Below are positions 37,001-45,471 of a stretch of 64,000 nt of DNA, in pieces. The DNA lies in NCBI GenBank assembly GCA_001643675.2, contig LSRY02000046.1, positions 186,001 through 250,000 of the forward strand, written 5' to 3'. The notes under the pieces are model-generated. The model did no database searches, was not told where the DNA came from, and was given only the letters and a program-made list of their open reading frames with translations. Origin of the DNA: Monocercomonoides exilis PA203 (Eukaryota; Protista; Preaxostyla). Within the stretch, counting starts at the first letter, position 1, and every line of letters begins with the position of its first letter. The position numbers and the translations under genes were made by a program.

Positions 37001-37458
37001 AGGATGAGGATGATTTCAAAAAGGAGTGTTTGAGGTGGAAGGCTCCAGAGCTGCTGATGAACAGGAAGATAGGAGCAACAAAGAAGTCAGTTGTGTTTTC
37101 GATTGGGATGATGCTGTGGGAGTGCCTGACGCTGAAGGTCCCGTTTGGGGAATACGAGGCAGAGACAGCAGGGAAGAAGATTGTGAATGGGGAAAGGCCT
37201 GCGTTGGAAAAGCTGCCAGCGGAGTTGCAGAGATATGTGGAGGCATGCTGGAGCGGGGAGAGGAAAAGCCGGCCGACGCTGGTGGAAGTGAAGCGAGCGC
37301 TGTTTGGAAGATTCCCGAAGGATGGAGCGATGTTCACAGTGTCGGATGCAATCGCATATCTGGTTCCATCGAGGAATGATGGGCAGAGCAGCATGGAGAA
37401 CGACAGCAAGGAGACGGTTGCAACAATCAATGAAGTTCAAAACATTGGCACGAAATAA
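25024..37458 (+). pseudogene. Giant type I membrane receptor with Cys/Gly-rich beta-helix-like ectodomain, one TM helix and a C-terminal degenerate TK/TKL-like pseudokinase; interrupted by two in-frame stops
   Basis: ORFs 24919-25545, 25582-35784 and 35788-37458 share one frame and are separated only by TAG (25543-25545) and TAA (35782-35784). Signal peptide MRLSSGKNARMLCLLLLVVIAGCEG; GGA(L/I)/FxxN-like repeats; TM FWPIIVVVLAIVLFIVLIASIVLVV followed by RWRKQKRR; kinase C-lobe motifs RWKAPE, VFSIGMMLWECLT..VPF and CW....SRPTL. No HRD or DFG motif. Confidence 0.8.
26860..34600 (+). repeat. Eight tandem ~310-410 aa ectodomain modules marked by a CG-x5/6-C motif
   Basis: CG..C motifs at ~26875, 27919, 29140, 30190, 31390, 32473, 33406 and 34549. 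Most are preceded by a GGG(L/V/M)F(V/I)...G.(D/N)(V/I)F...(IPL/VDL) segment. Confidence 0.8.
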
Positions 37459-37539
37459 AAGGTTGAAAATAAAAAAAGATCACACGAAATAAAAAACTTG
37501 TAATGTTATCATTTGTGAAAATGAATTCCACTTCACTTG

Positions 37540-38110
37540 CAAGAAGCAAAGCTGGAAATAAGAAGGAAACGTTGCAAATATCTCAGCTCCCACAAGAAGT
37601 TCGTTCATTGATGCATTTTGTGCAGAATGCCGAATTGTCGAGAATGGAGGCATCGACTTGCACCTGATGTGTTGTCTTTTGTATCTCTGATCATTCATTT
37701 TTCTTTTGAAAAGTGTTTTGGCTTGTTGAATTATCATCAACTTGATGACTGGAAGTTTTCCATTCGTTTGAGTTGTTGTTCAGAAGTTTTCTTTTCTGTT
37801 TTTTCAAATGGTCACTGTTTTTGATTTTTGAGATGTATTGCGACAAAGAAATCAACGAATATTGGAAATGAAAAGAAATGTTTTTGTGTATGTGTGCATT
37901 GTCGAATGTTTTTGAGAACAAGGAAGATGAACGAGGCATTTCCAATGACTGGGCCTAGCTCGGTCATTCTTGAAAAACAAATTGGAATGGTGCTTGCAAC
38001 AAAAAGAATACTCACAAAAAAATGAATCCAAAAAGAGATTCGAGGAAAAAACTGCTGTTGATTTTGCTTCAATTATTCATTGGCTCATTCAAAGTGGAGT
38101 GTTGTGAGCA
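37540..38110 (+). pseudogene. Degenerate exon-like remnants of an unidentified gene
   Basis: Coding-like stretches (RSKAGNKKETLQISQLPQEVRSLMHFVQNAELSRME; ILEKQIGMVLATKRILTKK*IQKEIRGKTAVDFASIIHWLIQSG) between T-rich intron-like sequence, with stops. Confidence 0.25.
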
Positions 38111-38792
38111 TTTTGAAATGCATTATTTTGAATTCATAAATATATTTTTCTTCATCAAAAGAAAGGTGTTTGTTTATTCTTTTGAAGAAATAATTCTTCA
38201 ACACGCACAAATTGCAGAGAATAACTGATTTTTTGAGCAGTTATTCAAAAAAAAAATTGATTTATGATCTTGAGCATTGGTTGGAGCATTCGCTTTCACA
38301 AAAACGTTCATTAATGCCAAAATCTTTGGAAAATAATTTTCTCGTGATAAATCTTTCTGGCAACATCAATTCTCACCCAAAACTGGAGCAAAAACATATC
38401 GCTCCAATCAGAACAAACAACGGCAAAGAGCATCCAGAATCGAGAATCAATGCTTTGCCAACAGAAAATTCAGAGCAGCTGAGCAAGCAGCCATTCTGTG
38501 CTTTGAAAAAATAATCAATCTGCTGATGCTGTGTTCATGTTGATGATATTATTCAAAACCTTGCATCAGCAACAAATAGTCAACACATAAAAAATCCATT
38601 CAAAAAAATAAATAAATAAATAAAAAGACCAATAATAATCGTGGGAAAAAACTTCAAGCAACTTCAGTGATGCTGATAAATAAATCCAAGCGCAGCACTC
38701 GCACAGCACCGCGGAAGCAGGTCAACTCCGGTTCCTTGTGGCCTGCTGCAGCCTCAGCAAAGGCAGCCGCCCAGCCCCCGACGAAAGCCCTT

Positions 38793-39574
38793 TTAGCACT
38801 TCTCTTGCCGCAGAAGCGCAATCTCCCCGTCCAGCTGCTCCAGCGTCTTCTCCTTTTTCTCCACCGCCTCAAACATCCCAATCACGTCTGCAACGCTCTT
38901 CTCTTCCTCCACCTGCTCCTCTTCAAACCACTTGATCAGCTCCGGCATCTTCAGCCCCGGATGCTCTTTGTCGAACGGCAGGATCTTTTCCCCCAGCTCG
39001 TGGATCAGGCTCGTCACATACTCCTCGTGGTGCAGCGACTGCTTGAAAACCTCGACCGGGCTGTCCCACCTGCAGCCCCAGCCCCCACAAAAACGAAAAA
39101 AATAAATAAATAATTAAAGAGTGGAAGAAAATATATGTTATTGGTTGATTGGTCGGTCAAAATAAAAAAAAAAATGATGATGATGAAAAATAAAAACGGC
39201 CATTAAACGTTGCACACACCACTGGACCTCCGGAGCAGGGATCGGAAGAAGATTCACTTTCTGGCCTTTGGTGGTGAGCCACTCCATGAACTTGAACGCA
39301 TGCTCCTGCTCCTCCCGCGCCTGCTTGTACATCCACCGCGCCATCCCTGCAGCCCCAAACAAACCCCAAAAATCCACAGCCCCCGCACTCAAACACAAAA
39401 GAAACACAAAGCAAAAATACCTGGAAGCCCTTTTGCCTGGAAGCACGCCCCCATCGAGTTGTACAAGTACTGCGAGTAGAGCTCCTTGCTGATCTGGAAG
39501 CAGATGGCCTCCACCACGGCTGGCGGCACAGGCGCAGGCGTGGGCTTCGCAAACTGCTTGAAAAGATATGGCAT
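38793..39574 (-). CDS. ftn: Non-heme ferritin of prokaryotic (FtnA-like) type, 3 exons: 39574-39421, 39346-39220 (or 39223), 39069-38793; ~185 aa
   Basis: Spliced product: MPYLFKQFAKPTPAPVPPAVVEAICFQISKELYSQYLYNSMGACFQAKGLPGMARWMYKQAREEQEHAFKFMEWLTTKGQKVNLLPIPAPEVQ(W)WDSPVEVFKQSLHHEEYVTSLIHEL...KWFEEEQVEEEKSVADVIGMF...LDGEIALLRQEKC. Ferroxidase ligands ELYS, EExxH, HE and EQxEEE are all present, and intron phases match. Confidence 0.92.
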
Positions 39575-39667
39575 TTCTCTTTTTCGATTTTTCCTTATGG
39601 GGCGTCGAATTATTTGGAGCGCCTTTGTCCTCCGCAGGCTCGCTCTGCTGCATCGGCAACACGCACA
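39575..39667. promoter_or_regulatory. Putative bidirectional promoter between ferritin and the membrane-protein gene
   Basis: Only 93 bp separate the divergent ATGs at 39574 (-) and 39668 (+). Inferred from gene geometry only. Confidence 0.55.
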
Positions 39668-41201
39668 ATGTGGATCGACGCGATTTACGGGGCGGTGCTG
39701 GGGAGCTTGGCGCCGCTGGGGGAGTGGTCGGGAGCGCTGATATTCCTGGCTGGATTGTATTTCCTCGGCTGCGACGCCACGGCCCGCCAGGGGCCTCCCT
39801 CGCTCGCATCTGCGCTTTTTGTCTGCTCGTTTGGGAGCATTCTCTCGGCTGTTGTTTTCACGGGTGCGCCTCCGGGTTTGGCGCTGCTGTTTTGTTTTTC
39901 TTTTTTTTTCAAGAATTGCTGTGTTTTTCTGTTTTTGCTGTGTTTTTTGTGTGTTTTTTGTGCGTGCATGCATCTGTGCTGCCACCTCGCTGGGAAGCAA
40001 TTTTGTGGAAGAGGGCGTATTTTGAGTGGTTTGTGCTTGCCCGTGTGGCGTATTTTTGCCTGCCGCAAAGCGCTGTTCAGAAATTGGGGCGAAGGCCTCT
40101 TCGCGGGTGGCTGTTTGCGAGCGCATCAGTTGTGCTTGTGCATGAGATGCACGAGTGCTGTGTTGCGTGTGCGCACAGCGAGGGAGTGAATGCGCTTTTA
40201 GCGGTGGGAGCAACTGGATATGCTGTGTGTGTGCTTCCGCTGCAGATGTTTTGCCGCCTTGGCCATTACGGCTACGAGGACGAGGTTACTACGTATGAAT
40301 CTGAATTTTTTGTTTGTTTGTTTGTTGTTGTGTGAGTCGATTTGTGCCATTTTTTGAGATGCAATTTTTGTGTTTGTGCATTTTAATTGATTTTAAATGG
40401 AATACGATTTTTTTTTTTTCATTGATTTTGAATTTTGGAATGCTCATGGATTTCGTTTGTGCAATGTTGTGTGCATGTGTATAATTAACTGTGTGGGCGA
40501 TGATGGTTGGTGCGTTGCGTGTTTTTGCGCAGGATGGCGTGCATCGCGGGTGTCTCGGGGGTTGTGCAGCTGGTCAGTTTGTGGTGTTTTGAGATGGCAG
40601 GGAGCGGAGCAAGGCTGGCTGGCGGAGCGAATCCTTCGAGTTTTGCCCGCTCTGCGGATGCGTTGTTTGGAGGGGTGTGGAGCGGAAAGAAGCAAGGAGA
40701 GGCAGGAGATGGGCGTGTGGACTCTGTTTCGCTGCTGATTGCTGCCACGGGGCATGGTTTTGCACATGTTGTTGCAACTGTGTGTGTTTCTGCTGATGCG
40801 TTTTTTTATTTATTTTATTGAGAGGCTGAGAGGTTGGGAGGTTGGGGGGTTGGGGCTTGAGGAGTGAAAGTTGAGAAAGAGCAGAAAAGCAATGAGGAAA
40901 AGAGAAACATTGCATGAGCTGTTGGAATGCGGCTGCAGATTGGCTCGTTCTCTGTTTATGTTTTGTTTCTGGGTTTTGAGGAAGAGTTTTGTGAATATGC
41001 AGCATTTCAGAGGATTTGTTATTATCTTATTTTTTTTTTTTTTGATTTGAACAAACGCAGATGAGAAGGACAGCACGGATGCGGAGCCTTCAGGAGCGTC
41101 GCAAGGCGAAGGCAGCGCTTTTGGATGAGCTGTGTGCTGAGCAGGAGCAGCTGCTGGACGAGCTGGGCGCAAAGGAAGGCGCTCGGAAAAGGGGAAAATG
41201 A
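39668..41201 (+). CDS. Multi-pass membrane protein of ~300-320 aa, weakly TRIC/TMEM38-like; exons 39668-39863, 39914 (or 39971)-40292, 40533-40779, 41061-41201
   Basis: Phase-consistent exons give MWIDAIYGAVLGSLAPLGEWSGALIFLAGLYFLG...PSLASALFVCSFGSILSAVVFT...FEWFVLARVAYFCLPQ...LLAVGATGYAVCVLP...ACIAGVSGVVQLVSLW...VSLLIAATGHGFAHVVAT, then a charged helical tail ending ARKRGK*. The family call is by eye only and is much less certain than the gene model. Confidence 0.65.
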
Positions 41202-42285
41202 AGGTGCCTTTGTGGCCATCCAGACGCCCATTTGCTTGCACTTAGAAGTGGCTTTGTGTTGTTTGGCGAGGAGAGAGAATGGCCAAGCGGGGCTGGGGAA
41301 AAGGAAGGAAGAAGGCTCGAAACAAGTTGGGATTGAGGAATGGGGAAAGGGAAGGGAAAGCGAATAAAATAACTGCTTCATGTGCATGTGTGCTCGTGTG
41401 AAAAAGAAAGACTCTTTTAAGCGTGTTGAAGAAATGCTGGCAGAATGTTGCAAGAGCACGCAGAATGAATGTGCTTTTGGGGTGCATGTTTTTGTCCCCT
41501 ATTGAATATTTTATTTACACACGTCACCGATAATTCGAAAAAGCAAAGTCAAAACTCTATTTTTTTCAGTTGATGAATGTTGCTTGCAAAAAATGGCTTG
41601 CACTTCTGCGTTTTTGATTTTGTTTGACAGAATTGTTTGGGGCGTATCAAGATATTTTAAAGCAAGACAGTTGTTTTCAGAAAATATTTGAAATGGGAGA
41701 AAAAAGTTTTTTTCTTGCTAATTCTTAATTTATCGAAATTATTCATCAATACGTTCATTTGTTTCGATCATTCAACAAAGTTTCATTTGAAGCGTAATTT
41801 TTGAAATCACTTATTTTTTTCTTTGTTTGTCCTTTTTGGCCGTGCAACAATATTAATAAATTCTTTAAAATTCAAACTCATTCCCTTTCAACAATGCAAT
41901 AAATAATTGTTTGCTATATTTTCGTGTGAATTACTTCTCTTGTAATAATTAAGTTCATTTCATTGTAATTAAAGATGTTTTGGATTTTTGAAAGCATCCT
42001 AAAGAAACCATTGTTGTGAATCCACAAACAGATAAAGAAGGATATTTTGTCGAAATCTGTTCTCCTTCAGTGTCAGATTATTAAATTTGAGCAATTCTTC
42101 CAACACCGTTTTTTTCCATGAAATTTTGAAAGAAATGTTTATTGACAAGCTTGAAAAATGATAACAGAAATAAAATATGTTTTTTTATTTTCATTATTAA
42201 TTTCGTTTATGAATTTGCATCATTCAAAGTTCACAAGCACTGAACAAAATTACGAAAGAAGTACGTCATGAATTAAACATTTATA

Positions 42286-42691
42286 TGGGTGATTATTTTT
42301 GAAATCTCAACTTTTTTTGGTGCGTTGCTTTTTCAAAGATAGTTTATCATTAGGATGAGATTTTGTAGTTAAATGCTACAATTACCTCAACTGTTTAAAA
42401 AACAAATGATTTGACCAGATTAAAGATGAAAATGTTTTTTGAAACCATTTAACTTTTCACTGTTCATTTGTTAATATTCAAGAGAAAATTTTGAACAGAA
42501 AATTTATTATTCATAAATATGATAACAAAAATAATCACCCATTTATAGAAACTGTATTTGTCCATTTCTGATTTTTGTGGCTTCTGAAGTTATATCCCAT
42601 TTTTGTGCTTGCTTGTTTTGAATGAAGTTGGAATCAATGATGGAACATATTTATCATTGTTAATGTAATGTGGGTGATTATTTTTGATATC
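42286..42691. repeat. Three copies of the 21-mer TGGGTGATTATTTTTGWWATC in +/-/+ orientation
   Basis: 42286-42306 (+), 42521-42541 (-), 42671-42691 (+); 19 of 21 positions are invariant. Confidence 0.9.
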
Positions 42692-43179
42692 GTATTTCTC
42701 CCTTCTCCCCCCTCCACGAAATGTTGATTCAAACACAGAACAGAATCATTGAAATTCCAATTCATATAAAACTATTCTGTGCATTTTATTTCCTTTCGAA
42801 AAAGGTTATAAAGAGAACGTTAATAATGGTGGATTCTCTCAATTACTGTGGTAAGTGGAGTTTTTTCAACAACTTTTGATGGTTGCACTTCAACAAATTT
42901 CTCAGTTATTCAAACATCGTGCGAACAGACTCGTAACACACAGAACTTTAACAACTTGTCTCATTGAGTTTTGAAAAAAAACTAATATTCATGATGCGTG
43001 CATAAACCTTCACTCCATAACAAGATGATGCTTGATTAACTGATTGTGAGATTTCATCAAAAGTGTTTATTGTTGAAAATGACTGAAAATATAATATTTG
43101 CGTTTTTTCCAGAAGGAAAGAAAGAATGAACAAGCACTCAAAATTCGTTTTGTCATTTTTAACTTCGAATGAAAGTTTT

Positions 43180-43723
43180 CCTCTGTGACCTGACAAATTA
43201 CTTGAAGCCTCGTCTGTCACAAAAAAAAAAAAAATAAATAAAAATAAAAATAAAAATAAAAATAAAAATAAAAATAAAAATAAAAATAAAAATAAAAATA
43301 AAAATAAAAATAAAAATAAAAATAAAAATAAAAATTTTAAAATTAACGTAAAATATACGATTGCTAAAACTTCTAAAGACTTTTCAAAGCACTATGAAAA
43401 AGATTTGTTGATAGCATATGTAATATCTTGTCGTTTTTTCTCTTATGTCAGTGACCGTCAGTGACAGTCAATGACAAATTGTGACAAAAATATTCCTCAA
43501 CTGACATTTCGTGTCAAATACAATAAATATTGGGAACCTGATCATTTTATTTTTATTTTAATTTTTTTAAAATAATAAGAATTATTTCATGAAGATTCTC
43601 AAATTATTTATTTTAGTAATTAAGAATTATGAAATCGTTATAAATAACCCTTTTTGACAAGTCCTAAATATCTTGTCAGTCATTTTGTCATTTTTTCAAT
43701 TTTCTCTTGTCATGTCACAGAGG
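43180..43723. mobile_element. MITE-like non-autonomous element with 17-bp terminal inverted repeats
   Basis: CCTCTGTGACCTGACAA (43180-43196) matches the reverse complement of TTGTCATGTCACAGAGG (43707-43723) at 16/17 positions. Many internal TGAC/GTCA motifs, no transposase-like ORF, no clean TSD. Confidence 0.6.
43221..43334 (+). repeat. Poly(A) followed by a (TAAAAA)n microsatellite
   Basis: A14 run followed by about 16 TAAAAA units. Confidence 0.95.
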
Positions 43724-44503
43724 TGTAGATGAAAATTTCATTCTGAACTCATGCACAAAAAATAATTCTAAATAAAGAAAAATAAACAATAATAATAATT
43801 AATTTTCATAATAAAATATTTTTGATATGTGGGATGGATAACTTTTGTTTTGTGGTGAAATTTCTCTTTATTTGAATTTCATTAGAACACTTTGTTTATC
43901 GATATTCGAAAAATGATGAATTTCTTTAAAAAAAAGAAAAAGAAAGAAAGAAAGAAATGAAAAGAAATTTAATAACAATTTCAAATATTTTGGGAAAAAA
44001 ACATGTTTTCTTTGTTTAATAAAGAAATGATTTCATTTCAGATTCATTTCACTGACTTTTGACATTTTTGAACAAAAAGATCTGAGATTATGGAAAATCC
44101 TCAATAAAAACAAAATATATTTTTTCTGAATGCAAACAGTAAGAATGAATCATTTTTGAATTTCACAAATATCCACCAATTTATTTGGAGATTTATTCTG
44201 AAGAATTTGACAAAAAATAAGATTGATCTCAACCCAATGATTTTTTTGAACAATGTCAACAACTGTTTTGCTGATTTCTGTTGGAGTGCTCTGCATAGAA
44301 GAAGCACGCTTCACATGGTCACGACGGCACGACAGTGGGACGTGACGAGCACTTGGAGAAGGAGTTGGACGCAGGAAAAAGAAGGGTGTATGGGAGCAAT
44401 CGTGTCATTTCGATGAGAAAAACGCGTCAAAAGAAGAATTATGGATTTGAATTAAATAAAACAAATTCAGTCGTAGAAGGCACAGCTGTTGTTAACACTT
44501 GGA

Positions 44504-44911
44504 ATGGCAAAGCAAGACATGAAAAGCACGAAGCAAATAGTTGCAAAAGAGGAAAAAAGCAACTCAGGAGATGTCGTCCAGCGGTTTCATGAAGAAGCAA
44601 ATGCCGGGAAAAAGAAGCTTACACAGAAACAAAAGGAGCAAAAGATATTGTCAAAAGACGCGAAGAAGAATGTTGGAGTCAAAAGCGGAAAGGATAAAAC
44701 GAAAGGAGGAAAGCCAGGAGGGAAAGGAGGGAAAAAGAGTTCGAGCTCAGGATGGAAGGTTGCACTGGTGACTGGGGTTTGCGTGGCTGCTGCGGTTGGA
44801 GTGTTTGCAGGACACTATTTCATGGGGGATAAGTTGAATGTTATGTCTTGGATAAAGACAATCACGGCCCACAACCCAGATAGATACCCCGCGAGACAAA
44901 CTGCCAACTAA
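44504..44911 (+). CDS. Small Lys/Gly-rich protein with one near-C-terminal TM helix (may be the 3' part of a frameshifted gene starting at ~44253)
   Basis: ...KSGKDKTKGGKPGGKGGKKSSSSGWKVALVTGVCVAAAVGVFAGHYFMG...; coding-like composition within AT-rich flanks. Confidence 0.55.
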   Translation: MAKQDMKSTKQIVAKEEKSNSGDVVQRFHEEANAGKKKLTQKQKEQKILSKDAKKNVGVKSGKDKTKGGKPGGKGGKKSSSSGWKVALVTGVCVAAAVGVFAGHYFMGDKLNVMSWIKTITAHNPDRYPARQTAN

Positions 44912-45471
44912 TAACATTTGAGACCACTTTTATTTTATTGACAAAGTTTGAGACGGGATTCATTTGCAATAATTAATGTTGAATTGTGAATAAGAATTAT
45001 TTGAAGAGAAATCATTTAATTTTGAGAGATTTTTTTGGAAAAAACTCTTTTATCATTTCATTCTTCTTCATAAAAAGCTTTAGAAGCATAAATGCTTGCA
45101 ATAGAATGGTTCTGAGAAATTTTTTGAAAACAAAAAGAGAATTATTTCAATAAATTCTATATAAATGTTACATTTTATAGAAAATAAAGTTAAAAATTGA
45201 AGAATTCACAAAACTTAGCAAAAAAAAAAGAATAAATTCTTTGCAAAATATAAAGACTATTATTTTTCTAAATTTAAAGAAAAAAAGCATAAAGGTTAAT
45301 ATAAAGATTACGAAGAAGATCTCAAATAGAATGAATCTTTGTAAGCGAGCTCTTTTTTTTAAAAATTTGTTTTTATAAAGTTTTCAAAATAATAAAAAAC
45401 ACTCAAACCAAAATATCACTATAGTACCAAAATAGAATTTGAAAATACTATTTATTCACTGTTTGAATTCT

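Noticed and set aside
37449-37494. Direct repeat CACGAAATAAAA around the receptor stop as a target-site duplication
   Set aside because: The copies are only ~34 bp apart in A-rich sequence with nothing element-like between them.
38654-38792. Iron-responsive element in the ferritin UTRs
   Set aside because: The only nearby CAGTG-type loop (~38665) is on the antisense strand. The GC-rich 3' region gives only a weak bulged hairpin with no IRE geometry.
39389-40213. 274-aa minus-strand ORF as a long N-terminal extension of ferritin
   Set aside because: The upstream part is the antisense of the membrane-protein gene and its T-rich intron; ferritin similarity begins only after Met 39574.
40831-40855. 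Telomere-like or G-quadruplex TTGGGG run in intron 3 of the membrane-protein gene
   Set aside because: Too short and irregular to distinguish from local G/T-rich low complexity.
42286-42691. CRISPR array
   Set aside because: Only three repeats, in mixed orientation, with long unequal spacers, no cas genes and a eukaryotic context.
42990-43045. Box C/D snoRNA (ATGATGC...CTGA)
   Set aside because: The C box is imperfect, there is no terminal stem or recognisable rRNA guide, and the region is better explained as a minus-strand exon remnant.
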